From: an uncultured Candidatus Saccharibacteria bacterium
Lineage (GTDB): Bacteria; Patescibacteriota; Minisyncoccia; Phycocordibacterales; UBA9973
NCBI GenBank assembly: GCA_964554645.1
Contig: CAZKPK010000002.1
Location: 1,788 to 65,787 of the forward strand
Length of the DNA stretch: 64,000 nucleotides
Reading direction: 5' to 3'
Within the stretch, counting starts at the first letter, position 1, and every line of letters starts with the position of its first letter. Positions 16,397 to 25,382 of this stretch are shown here, piece after piece. The notes under the pieces are model-generated. The model saw only the letters and a program-made list of their open reading frames with translations, did no database searches and was not told the DNA's origin. Made by a program: the position numbers and the translations under genes.

Positions 16397-18139
16397 ATGC
16401 AAGAAAAAATAAAAAATTTAATCAAGGACGCGCTGAAAAATCTAAATATAGAGATGAGCGATGTTGGCTTGGAACATCCGGAAGATCTGAAAAATGGAGA
16501 TTATTCCACGAATGTGGCGCTGGTTGTCGCTAAAAATGTCAAAATCAGTCCAAAAGCATTGGCGGGAAAAATCGTGACAGAAATTTTGAGGTTAAACCTC
16601 GATAAATATATTGAAAAAGTAGAAGTGGCTGGCGCCGGTTTTATAAATTTCTATCTTTCCCGCAAATTTTTTGCCAGCTCGGTTGAAGAAATTGTCAATC
16701 AGGGAGAAAATGCCGGGAAAAATAATGTTCTAGCTGGCAAAAAAATAATGATTGAATACACCGACCCGAATCCTTTCAAGCCATTTCATATTGGACACTT
16801 AATGACGAACGCTATTGGGGAATCCGTAGCGAGAATTTTAGAGCATTCCGGCGCGGAGGTATCTCGGGCCAATTATCAGGGCGATATCGGTTTGCATGTG
16901 GCCAAGGCCATCTACGGCCTTTTGAAAGATGAAAAATTACAGGACAAGGCAGGCTCTCATATCTTGCAGTCGGCAAATATCGGCCAAGCTTATGCTCAAG
17001 GCGCGGAAGTTTACGAAAACAACAAGAAAGCAAAAAAAGAAATAGATGAAATAAATAAAAAAATTTACGCTAAGAGCGATAAAAAAATAAATGAAATGTA
17101 TGATTGGGGTTTCCAAGCGACGATGAAAGCATTTGAAGATTTATACCAAATTCTCGGCACGAAGTTTGATTTTTATTTTTTGGAAAGCCAAATGGCGCCG
17201 ATCGGGGAGAGAATTGTGAGAGATAATTTGGACAAAATTATAGATTCCAAGGGCAGTAAAATGATTTTTGAAGAATCAGAAGGCGCTATTATATTCAAGG
17301 CTGAAAAATACGATTCCCAACTTCACACCCGAGTCTTTATCACTTCGCAAGGTCTGCCTACATATGAAACCAAGGAATTGGGATTGACCGAGGAGAAATT
17401 CAGAACGGAGCCCAATTTAGATCTTTCCATCATTATTACCGCCAATGAACAGGCGGATTATATGAAAGTGGTTGCCAAAGCTGTTTCCCTGATTTATCCC
17501 GAGCACGGGAAAAAGATGCTTCACCTGACACATGGCATGATGCGCCTGCTGGGAGGAAAAATGAGCTCGAGAAAGGGTAATGTTGTAACCGGAGAATCTC
17601 TGCTTCGCGACACGGTGGCGCTAATAAGAGAAAAAATTAAAGAACGTGACTGGGCTGAAGCGGAAAAAAATAAAATTGCGGAAATTGTCGGTGTGGCGGC
17701 GATAAAATATTCGATTCTCCGTTCAGCATCCGGGAGCGATATTGTCTACAATCTAGAGGAATCAATTTCGACGGAAGGAGATTCCGGCCCGTATCTGCAA
17801 TACTCATTTGCGCGGGCAAAATCCATTTTAGAAAAGGCGCAGAAAGAAAATATCTTGCCGGATCCCCATGTTTTTCCGCCAGCAGTCTTTGAAGTGGAGA
17901 GGCTGTTGTACAAATTTCCGGAAGTTGTTCTGCGTTCCGCGCAAGAATACGAACCGCATTATATCGCAAACTATTTGATTGCAGTCGCTCGCGCCTTCAA
18001 TAGTTTTTATGGCAATATCGTTGTGGTGAACAAAAAAGACAAAACTTCCGCTTACAAAGTAGCCCTGACTTACGCTTTTATCTTCGTGATGAAAACCGGC
18101 CTATCTCTCCTCGGCATTCAAGCGCCGGAAAAAATGTAG
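16397..18139 (+). CDS. argS: arginine--tRNA ligase
   Basis: It has the class I HIGH motif (PFHIGHLMT) and a KMSKS-like motif (GKMSSRKG). Its length and overall pattern match ArgRS. The likely start is the ATG at 16397, just after the dut stop. Confidence 0.75.
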   Translation: MQEKIKNLIKDALKNLNIEMSDVGLEHPEDLKNGDYSTNVALVVAKNVKISPKALAGKIVTEILRLNLDKYIEKVEVAGAGFINFYLSRKFFASSVEEIVNQGENAGKNNVLAGKKIMIEYTDPNPFKPFHIGHLMTNAIGESVARILEHSGAEVSRANYQGDIGLHVAKAIYGLLKDEKLQDKAGSHILQSANIGQAYAQGAEVYENNKKAKKEIDEINKKIYAKSDKKINEMYDWGFQATMKAFEDLYQILGTKFDFYFLESQMAPIGERIVRDNLDKIIDSKGSKMIFEESEGAIIFKAEKYDSQLHTRVFITSQGLPTYETKELGLTEEKFRTEPNLDLSIIITANEQADYMKVVAKAVSLIYPEHGKKMLHLTHGMMRLLGGKMSSRKGNVVTGESLLRDTVALIREKIKERDWAEAEKNKIAEIVGVAAIKYSILRSASGSDIVYNLEESISTEGDSGPYLQYSFARAKSILEKAQKENILPDPHVFPPAVFEVERLLYKFPEVVLRSAQEYEPHYIANYLIAVARAFNSFYGNIVVVNKKDKTSAYKVALTYAFIFVMKTGLSLLGIQAPEKM

Positions 18140-18140
18140 A

Positions 18141-18193
18141 TTAAATTAGGTGCTAGGGACTAGTTGCTAGAACCTAGAACCTAGAACCTAACT
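18141..18193. repeat. CTAG-rich array (three tandem ctagaac units)
   Basis: Seen directly; it is related to the arrays at 3301, 42483 and 48601. Confidence 0.5.
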
Positions 18194-18194
18194 T

Positions 18195-19853
18195 ATGACT
18201 CAAAAAGAAGCGTTGAATATTTTAAAAACTGGCGCGAATGTTTTTTTGACCGGCGAGCCGGGAGCGGGGAAGACGCACACCGTCAATAATTTTGTGAATT
18301 ATTTGCGCGCCTGCGATGTGGAGCCAGCGATTACCGCTTCGACTGGTATTGCCGCGACGCATATTGGCGGGATGACGATTCATTCTTGGAGTGGCATCGG
18401 CATTAAAACAAAATTGGATAAATATGATTTAGATAAAATTGCGAGCAGTGAATATATTGTAAGGCGTGTTGCTCGTACGCGGGTCTTGATTATTGATGAG
18501 ATTTCTATGCTCTCTATTAATATGCTCGAGATGGTGGATATAGTCTGTCGAGAAATAAAACAAAGCAGTGAGCCCTTTGGAGGAATTCAGATTATTCTCG
18601 TCGGTGATTTTTTCCAGTTGCCACCGATTATAAAAAGAGATTTTACAGAAGAAAAACAAAACAAACTTCTTGTAGACGTTCTTGTAGACGTCGGACGTCT
18701 ACAAGTGGGGAATTTTGCTTATGATAGCGGGGCCTGGGAGCGAGCGCGAATGGTTACTTGTTATTTGACTGAAAAACATCGGCAAGATGATACTGATTTC
18801 CTCTCGGTGCTGGGAGGCATCCGTTCTAACAATGTTTCGCAGGCGCATCGAAGTTACATTACTGCTCGGCATATTCGCGAGAATCAGACGCCAGAAAATA
18901 TTACTAAACTTTTTTCGCATAATGTGGATGTAAATCGGATAAATAACGTGGAACTTGCGAAATTAAAAAAAGAAATTAAATGTTTCAAAATGTCTGGAAG
19001 TGGAAATGATAAAGTAGTGGAGATACTGAAGAAAGGATGTTTATCGCCGGAGAATTTGGAGCTCAAAATCGGCGCGGTCGTGATGTGCACCAAAAATAAT
19101 CCAAAAGAAAGATTTGTCAATGGCACACTTGGCACGGTGACAGGCTACGAAGAATTTAGCGGACACCCGATTATTAAAACTAAGAATGGACGGAGTCTTG
19201 TAATTGCGCCGATGGATTGGACAGTTGAAGAGAATGGTAAAATTCGCGCGCAAATAACCCAAATTCCGCTTCGCCTCGCGTGGGCGATCACGGTGCACAA
19301 AAGTCAGGGGATGAGTCTGGATGCGGCGGTGATGGATTTGTCGCAAGTGTTTGAATTTGGGCAGGGGTATGTAGCGCTCTCACGCGTGCGCAGACTCTCT
19401 GGATTATATTTGCTTGGTTTCAATGAGCAGGCGCTGAAAGTACATCCAGAAATTCTTAAAAAAGATATTGACTTTAAGAAAAGTTCCGAAGAAACAGCGC
19501 GAGTTTTTGGGGAGATTTTAGAAAATGATCTTCAAAAAATACATAATAATTTTGTATTGGCGTGCGGAGGGAAGGTTTTCCACCTCGACCCGATGGTCAT
19601 CGGGTCACCCCTCAAGAGGGGAATTAAAATGGAAAACACAGAGGGCGCGCCGAGTACGGCGCGCCCAAAAGCATTTGCCGAAATCAGAACAAAACACCCC
19701 AACGCTTATCGAAAATGGATGCCAGAGGAAGAAATGGAAATGGTATCACAATTCAAAAATGGAAAATCTATCAGAAATATTTCTGCGCTTTCTGGTCGAA
19801 AAGTTGGCGGCATACGCGCTCGGCTCGTCAAACTAGGATTAATAGAAAAATAA
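18195..19853 (+). CDS. PIF1/RecD-family ATP-dependent DNA helicase with a C-terminal HTH domain
   Basis: It has the Walker A motif LTGEPGAGKTH and the ILVGDFFQLPP motif, plus a C-terminal helix-turn-helix-like tail. The ORF also contains in-frame GC-rich repeat insertions at 18669-18705 and 19566-19670. Confidence 0.7.
   Translation: MTQKEALNILKTGANVFLTGEPGAGKTHTVNNFVNYLRACDVEPAITASTGIAATHIGGMTIHSWSGIGIKTKLDKYDLDKIASSEYIVRRVARTRVLIIDEISMLSINMLEMVDIVCREIKQSSEPFGGIQIILVGDFFQLPPIIKRDFTEEKQNKLLVDVLVDVGRLQVGNFAYDSGAWERARMVTCYLTEKHRQDDTDFLSVLGGIRSNNVSQAHRSYITARHIRENQTPENITKLFSHNVDVNRINNVELAKLKKEIKCFKMSGSGNDKVVEILKKGCLSPENLELKIGAVVMCTKNNPKERFVNGTLGTVTGYEEFSGHPIIKTKNGRSLVIAPMDWTVEENGKIRAQITQIPLRLAWAITVHKSQGMSLDAAVMDLSQVFEFGQGYVALSRVRRLSGLYLLGFNEQALKVHPEILKKDIDFKKSSEETARVFGEILENDLQKIHNNFVLACGGKVFHLDPMVIGSPLKRGIKMENTEGAPSTARPKAFAEIRTKHPNAYRKWMPEEEMEMVSQFKNGKSIRNISALSGRKVGGIRARLVKLGLIEK
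18669..18705. repeat. GACGTC-type palindromic element inside the helicase CDS, in-frame
   Basis: The unit cttgtagacgtt is followed by the perfect 25-nt palindrome cttgtagacgtcGgacgtctacaag. A related palindrome cluster lies at 58012-58075. Confidence 0.55.
19566..19624 (+). repeat. partial copy (D) of the four-hairpin GC-rich element, in-frame within the helicase CDS
   Basis: cccgatggtcatcggg...cacccctcaagaggggaat matches hairpins 3 and 4 of the elements at 41607, 52756 and 58074. It is followed by a 10-bp GC hairpin (gggcgcgccg-agta-cggcgcgccc). Confidence 0.55.
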
Positions 19854-19992
19854 AATACTAGTTATCCCCATTTGGTTTTGAAAATTACTGGGATATTTTT
19901 TTAACGTCAATGTTCCTAGTTTTTCTAATGCCCTTGCAGGAACCCTTTTAGTCAATCTTGTTTGTTGGTATTTTTTTTGTTATGATTGTGGT

Positions 19993-20409
19993 ATGAAATC
20001 AAAAGAAGCAAAACCGTCTGAGGTAGGAGATAATAAAACAACCCCAGAGGCAAAGTTAACAAAACAAGAAATCTTGGATCTAATTGAAAAAGCATCTCAC
20101 CAAACTTGGATGAGGCAGGCGCATAGGGACAAAGGAACCAACATGGATAAACTTTCACAGGCAGTGTCAGATGGCGATCGCGAAAGGGCGGCAGATGCTT
20201 GGAAAGAGCTAGAGAAAGAAAAACCAAAAACTCGGGCGGAGGCTGTGACTCTGCTGGCTAGAAGGTCTCACGAAATGTGGTTGGCCCATAAAAGAGTGCT
20301 TGTTTCTACAGAAGAATTTGATCTTAATCCAAATGATCATGACCGCGAGCGGGCAGAAGATATCATAAAAGCGCTTGAAGTTCGCGGAGTCTTATCTTAT
20401 GGAGAATAA
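19993..20409 (+). CDS. hypothetical protein (138 aa, charged and helical)
   Basis: The ORF is open but has no recognisable motifs. Its end overlaps the ileS start. Confidence 0.4.
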   Translation: MKSKEAKPSEVGDNKTTPEAKLTKQEILDLIEKASHQTWMRQAHRDKGTNMDKLSQAVSDGDRERAADAWKELEKEKPKTRAEAVTLLARRSHEMWLAHKRVLVSTEEFDLNPNDHDRERAEDIIKALEVRGVLSYGE

Positions 20410-23400
20410 TCAGGATAAAAACAAAAAATCAGACGCAACGTTGCGCGAAGAAAGTGTTTTGGAATTTTGGCGGGAAAATAAAATTTTTGAGAAATCTTTA
20501 AAACAGACAGAAGGGAAAAAAGAATTTATTTTTTTTGAAGGTCCGCCGACAGCGAATGGCAAGCCGGGAATTCATCATCTGGAAGCGCGAGCGTTCAAAG
20601 ACGCTATTCCAAGATATAAAACGATGCAAGGTTTTTACGTCCGTCGCAAGGCCGGGTGGGATACGCACGGGCTAGCGGTAGAAATTCAGACAGAGAAAAA
20701 ACTCGGCCTGAATTCTAAAAAAGCGATTGAAAAATACGGCATCGCCAAGTTCAATCGGGAATGCAAAGAAAATGTTTGGGAATATTTGGATGTTTGGAAT
20801 AAATTTACCGAGCGGATCGGTTTTTGGGTGGATCAGGAGAATCCGTATGTGACATACCGCAATGACTATATTGAATCTGCCTGGAATGTGCTAAAAAAAA
20901 TAAATGACCGGAATTTGCTTTACAAAGATTATAAAGTAGTGCCGTGGTGTCCGAGATGCGGGACCGCTCTTTCCACCCACGAGCTGGTGCAAGGATACGA
21001 GGAGGTGAAAGATTTGTCGGTTTATGTGAAGTTTAAGGTGCGTGGGGGCGGAAATGATGCTTCTGCGGGGTCGCTGTCTCCGTCTGCTGACGGAGCGCTG
21101 CCTCTCGGCTCGTCAGCCTGCGAGACACCCCGACAAAAGCACATTTCCGCCCCCACTTTCGTTCTTGCCTGGACGACGACGCCGTGGACTTTGCCGGGAA
21201 ATGTGGCGCTGGCAGTAGGGAAGGACATTGATTATGTGAAAGTTAAAACTGGAAATGAAATTTACATTTTGGCCAAGGAAAGACTTTCAATACTCACTGA
21301 AGCTTATGAAATTGTTGGAGAAATAAAAGGCAAAGATTTGGTAGGTTTAGAATATGAACCGCTTTTTCCATTTCTGCCTGCCATTATTTCTGAAGCCGAA
21401 AAACCTAAATTAGAAAAAGCTTTTAAAATATATGAAGCGGATTTTGTAAATATACAAGATGGCACAGGGATTGTGCATACGGCGGTAATGTATGGACAAG
21501 ACGATTTTGAACTGGGCGCCAAAGTCGGTTTGCCCAAGCATCACTTGGTTAATCTTGAAGGCAAATTTATAAAAGGCACAGGATTTTTAGAAGGAAGATT
21601 TGTAAAAGAAAAAGACGAAAACGGCAAACCGACTATAGATATAGATATTATCAAATATCTAACGGACAAAAACTTATTTTACAAAAAAGAAAATTATGAA
21701 CATTCCTATCCGCACTGCTGGCGCTGTCACACGGCGCTTATTTATTACGCTCGCGATTCTTGGTATATCAAAATGTCCGACCCGACAATAAAGGAACAGA
21801 TGATAAAAGAGAATAAAGGGATAAATTGGGAGCCGTCATATATTCAAGAAGGGCGTTTCGGCGAATGGCTTCGGGAGATAAAAGACTGGGCAATATCTCG
21901 CGAAAGATATTGGGGGACGCCGCTACCGATATGGGCTTGCGAATCCTGCCAGAAAATCAGCGTCATCGGAAGCATTGCGGAATTGAAAGAAAAAACAAAA
22001 AAGTCCGGCAATACATATTTTGTGATGCGGCATGGGGAAACTACCACCAATTTGAGAAATTTGGTTAGCACGGTAATGAATAGCGGGAGCCATTTGACCG
22101 ATGAAGGAAAAAGAAAGACAAGAGGAATGGGCGAACTTCTGAAGAAAAAAGGTATTGATCTGATTTTTACTTCGCCGTTTAATCGCGGCAGAGAAACGGC
22201 AAAAATAATGCAGGAAATTATAGGTATTGGTGACGAAAATGTTTGTGAAGATAAGCGCTTGGGAGAGATGAATGTAAAAAGTTATGAAGGAAGAACTTGG
22301 GCCGAATATCACAACGACTTTCCGAAAACGCCAGAATATTTTGATAAAGCAAAAAACGGAGATGAATCTTTGAGAGACATAAAAAAAAGAATGATGGATT
22401 TTCTTTTTGAGCTTGAAGAGAAATATCAGAACAAAAAAATTCTCATTATTACTCACGGCGGGCCGACCTGGCTTATGGCCGCGGGGGTGAAAATGTTTGA
22501 TGTGGAAAATACGCTTGCGATGGTTCGCGATAAAGAAAATTTTCATTATCTCAGAAATTCGGAAATACAAAAATTATCATTCACACCTTTTCCTCATGAT
22601 CAATTTGGCGATTTTGACCTGCATCGTCCATATATTGATGAAGTTCCACTTGTTTGTTCCCACTTGACAGGCTCAGGACAGGCCTGTGGCGGAAAATTGA
22701 CGCGCGTTCGCGAAGTGATGGATGTTTGGTTTGATTCCGGTTGTATGCCATTTGCGCAAGATCATTATCCTTTTGACGCCAAAAAAATTCTATATCCGGC
22801 AGATTTTATTTCGGAAGCAATCGATCAGACCCGCGGATGGTTCTACACTTTGCATGCCATCGGAGTGCTGATGGGTCGCGGGAAAGTTTTTAAAAATGTA
22901 ATCTGCCTCGGGCTTCTTTTAGACGCTCAGGGCAAAAAAATGTCCAAATCGCTGGGTAATGTCGTTGATCCTTGGGTGATGATGGATAAATATGGCGTGG
23001 ACACTTTGCGTCTTTGGATGTATTCCGTGAATCAACCGGGCGAATCGAAAAATTTTGACGAGAAAACGATATCTTTGCTTCATCAGCAAGTTTTCGGCTT
23101 GCTTTATAACGTGCTAGCTTTTTACGAACTATATCGAGATAAAGAAAAAGAGATAAATGATCGTCCCAAATCCAAAAATATTTTGGATATTTGGATCTTG
23201 GTCAAATTGGATGAATTAGCAAAATTAATTACCGCGAATCTTGATAATTATAAATTACTTGAACCAACCAGAGCGCTACGAGATTTTATCGGCGATCTTT
23301 CCACCTGGTATCTGCGTCGTTCGCGGGAACGGATCAAAGAAGGAAGCAATGAAGCTAAGCAGACTTTATATTTTGTCCTGAAAACTCTTGCCACAGTCCT

Positions 23401-24022
23401 GGCTCCTTTCGCGCCTTTTGCGGCAGAAGATATTTGGCTGAAATTAAGAAATAAAAATGACGCAGAGAGCGTGCATTTAGTTAAATGGCCAAAAATGCCA
23501 AAGAGTTTCTTTGGCATTTTTGGCAGCAAAGAAAATAAAACTTTGGAAAACATGCAAACAGTCAGGAAAATTGTCACCCTTTGCCTTGAAGCCCGCCAAA
23601 AAGCAGGGATAAAAGTTCGCCAGCCTCTGGCTTCACTTAAATACAAAGTTAAAAACAAAAAATTATCAGGCGAGTATCTTGATCTGATAAAAGATGAGCT
23701 TAACGTGAAAGAAATTATCGAAACAGACTTAATTGAAAATGAAGTTGAACTGGATGTTAAAATCACAGAGGAATTAAAACAGGAAGGAAATTATCGAGAG
23801 CTGGCGCGGGCTTTGCAAGATATGCGCAAAAAACTTGGATTAACTCCGGATGATACAATTTCACTTGTTTTTGAAGCGAATGACGCAGGCAAAAAGTTAA
23901 TTGAAAAATTTGCAACCGATCTTAAAAAAACTGTTTTGGTGTCCAAGATAGAATTTGGAAATAATAATGGCGAAGAAATAAAAATAGATGATTTGGTGTT
24001 TAAAATAAAAATTTATAAGTAG
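20399..24022 (+). CDS. ileS: isoleucine--tRNA ligase with two in-frame insertions: a GC-rich segment and a histidine-phosphatase-like domain
   Basis: It has a HIGH-type motif (PPTANGKPGIHHLEARA), WTTTPWTLPGN, LHRPYIDE, DVWFDSG and KMSKSLGN. The likely start is the ATG at 20399. Residues spanning about 22010-22560 read RHGETT...SPFNRGRETA...ITHGG, which is PGM/His-phosphatase-like. Confidence 0.8.
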   Translation: MENNQDKNKKSDATLREESVLEFWRENKIFEKSLKQTEGKKEFIFFEGPPTANGKPGIHHLEARAFKDAIPRYKTMQGFYVRRKAGWDTHGLAVEIQTEKKLGLNSKKAIEKYGIAKFNRECKENVWEYLDVWNKFTERIGFWVDQENPYVTYRNDYIESAWNVLKKINDRNLLYKDYKVVPWCPRCGTALSTHELVQGYEEVKDLSVYVKFKVRGGGNDASAGSLSPSADGALPLGSSACETPRQKHISAPTFVLAWTTTPWTLPGNVALAVGKDIDYVKVKTGNEIYILAKERLSILTEAYEIVGEIKGKDLVGLEYEPLFPFLPAIISEAEKPKLEKAFKIYEADFVNIQDGTGIVHTAVMYGQDDFELGAKVGLPKHHLVNLEGKFIKGTGFLEGRFVKEKDENGKPTIDIDIIKYLTDKNLFYKKENYEHSYPHCWRCHTALIYYARDSWYIKMSDPTIKEQMIKENKGINWEPSYIQEGRFGEWLREIKDWAISRERYWGTPLPIWACESCQKISVIGSIAELKEKTKKSGNTYFVMRHGETTTNLRNLVSTVMNSGSHLTDEGKRKTRGMGELLKKKGIDLIFTSPFNRGRETAKIMQEIIGIGDENVCEDKRLGEMNVKSYEGRTWAEYHNDFPKTPEYFDKAKNGDESLRDIKKRMMDFLFELEEKYQNKKILIITHGGPTWLMAAGVKMFDVENTLAMVRDKENFHYLRNSEIQKLSFTPFPHDQFGDFDLHRPYIDEVPLVCSHLTGSGQACGGKLTRVREVMDVWFDSGCMPFAQDHYPFDAKKILYPADFISEAIDQTRGWFYTLHAIGVLMGRGKVFKNVICLGLLLDAQGKKMSKSLGNVVDPWVMMDKYGVDTLRLWMYSVNQPGESKNFDEKTISLLHQQVFGLLYNVLAFYELYRDKEKEINDRPKSKNILDIWILVKLDELAKLITANLDNYKLLEPTRALRDFIGDLSTWYLRRSRERIKEGSNEAKQTLYFVLKTLATVLAPFAPFAAEDIWLKLRNKNDAESVHLVKWPKMPKSFFGIFGSKENKTLENMQTVRKIVTLCLEARQKAGIKVRQPLASLKYKVKNKKLSGEYLDLIKDELNVKEIIETDLIENEVELDVKITEELKQEGNYRELARALQDMRKKLGLTPDDTISLVFEANDAGKKLIEKFATDLKKTVLVSKIEFGNNNGEEIKIDDLVFKIKIYK

Positions 24023-24045
24023 TATACTGATACTGAATTAGTATA

Positions 24046-24066
24046 ATAGACACGGCCGTTGTTATT
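24046..24066. promoter_or_regulatory. 5'-side copy of the paralog-specific direct repeat ATAGAYACGGCCGTTGYTATT (palindromic ACGGCCGT core) for PaaX-like paralog 2
   Basis: It is repeated at 24671-24692, downstream of the gene and upstream of recO. Confidence 0.5.
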
Positions 24067-24084
24067 ATGTTATTATAATTTAAT

Positions 24085-24645
24085 ATGAAACTCATTGATA
24101 AAGAATCAAATAACGGGAAAATAATTCGCGCTTTAGGTATGGGGGTTGGAGTAACAGTAGCTTTGGCAAACAGAAGGACAAGTTATAAGGTTACTAAATT
24201 ACTGATTAAAGAAATTTTTGGATTAAATAAAAAACCTAAAAATATGGCTGGTTACTTTTTTAAATTAAGAAAACAAAAATTAATTGAGATTAAAAAAGAG
24301 GGAAACTTTTATAAAATTTTCCTCACCGAAAATGGCCGAGAAATCTTTTTGCGATTTAATTATGAAGAATTGAAAATAAAAAATCCAAAAATCTGGGATA
24401 GAAATTTTCGAGTAATTGTCTTTGATATTCCTGAAAAGAAAAGAGCCGCTCGGGATTCACTGCGGGAGAAAATGAAAGAATTGGGATGTGAAAAATTCAA
24501 TGATAGCGTGTGGGTTTATCCTTATCCATGCCAGCAAGAAATTGACTTCATAGCCAACTATTGGGGAATAGGCAAGTATGTTCACTTTATACTGGCCAAA
24601 GATATAACAAACAGAAGTGTTTTGGAAAAGCACTTTAATTTATAA
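24085..24645 (+). CDS. PaaX-like winged-helix transcriptional regulator (paralog 2 of 4)
   Basis: It has the family motif WDRNFRVIVFDIPEKKRAARDSLREKMKELGCEKFNDSVWVYPYP. Confidence 0.6.
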   Translation: MKLIDKESNNGKIIRALGMGVGVTVALANRRTSYKVTKLLIKEIFGLNKKPKNMAGYFFKLRKQKLIEIKKEGNFYKIFLTENGREIFLRFNYEELKIKNPKIWDRNFRVIVFDIPEKKRAARDSLREKMKELGCEKFNDSVWVYPYPCQQEIDFIANYWGIGKYVHFILAKDITNRSVLEKHFNL

Positions 24646-24670
24646 GTACGCAATTATTGTAGATAATACT

Positions 24671-24692
24671 ATAGATACGGCCGTTGCTATTT
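24671..24692. promoter_or_regulatory. 3'-side copy of the paralog-2 repeat, about 30 nt upstream of the recO start
   Basis: See the entry for 24046-24066. Confidence 0.5.
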
Positions 24693-24720
24693 TACTATCA
24701 GTCTCTGAGGAAGAAACCTA

Positions 24721-25302
24721 ATGCATCACATTTATCACACGGAGGGAATAATCTTGGGGAGCAAAAATTTCGGAGAAGCCGGAAAATATTATCATATTTT
24801 TACCCGTGATTTGGGAATGATAACAGCTGGAGCTCAAGGGGTGCGCAAGATGTCTTCCAAGCTCCGTTTTGTCTTGCAAGATTTTGCCTGTCTTAAAATC
24901 GATTTGGTGCAAGGCAAGAATATCTTTCGGGTAACGAATGCATCCAAGACGGGCATTTTAGAGCAAGTTACTAAACAACCGGAAACTTTTAAAGTTTTTA
25001 CAAACATCACGCGCTTGCTGAAACGTCTGCTGGCTGGTGTTGAGCCGAACGAAACGCTGTTTGTGGATTTGCTCCGCAGCCTATCGGTTTTAGAGAAAGC
25101 CGAAACCAAAGAAAATCTGCGGAATATTGAAGCAATTATTGTTTTGCGCATCTTGGATAATCTGGGGTATATAGGTGAAAATGAAATATTGCAGAGTCTT
25201 ACAAAATCTCCATTTGAAGAGAACCTGATATTTGAAGTTTCAAAAAATAGAAGCAAAGTATTGCGCCAAATCAATAAAGCTCTTAAAGAGACGCATTTAT
25301 AA
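24721..25302 (+). CDS. recO: DNA repair protein RecO (short form without a C-terminal zinc finger)
   Basis: It has the N-terminal OB-fold pattern (EGIILGSKNFGEAGKYYHIFTRDLGMITAGAQGVRK) and a helical C-terminus. It is 193 aa. Confidence 0.6.
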   Translation: MHHIYHTEGIILGSKNFGEAGKYYHIFTRDLGMITAGAQGVRKMSSKLRFVLQDFACLKIDLVQGKNIFRVTNASKTGILEQVTKQPETFKVFTNITRLLKRLLAGVEPNETLFVDLLRSLSVLEKAETKENLRNIEAIIVLRILDNLGYIGENEILQSLTKSPFEENLIFEVSKNRSKVLRQINKALKETHL

Positions 25303-25382
25303 AATGCCAATCTCGCCGAATTTAGCTAAACCTGCTCCGTAATAAATTTTCTAAATTTTGTTTGGGGTGATATAATCCTAGA

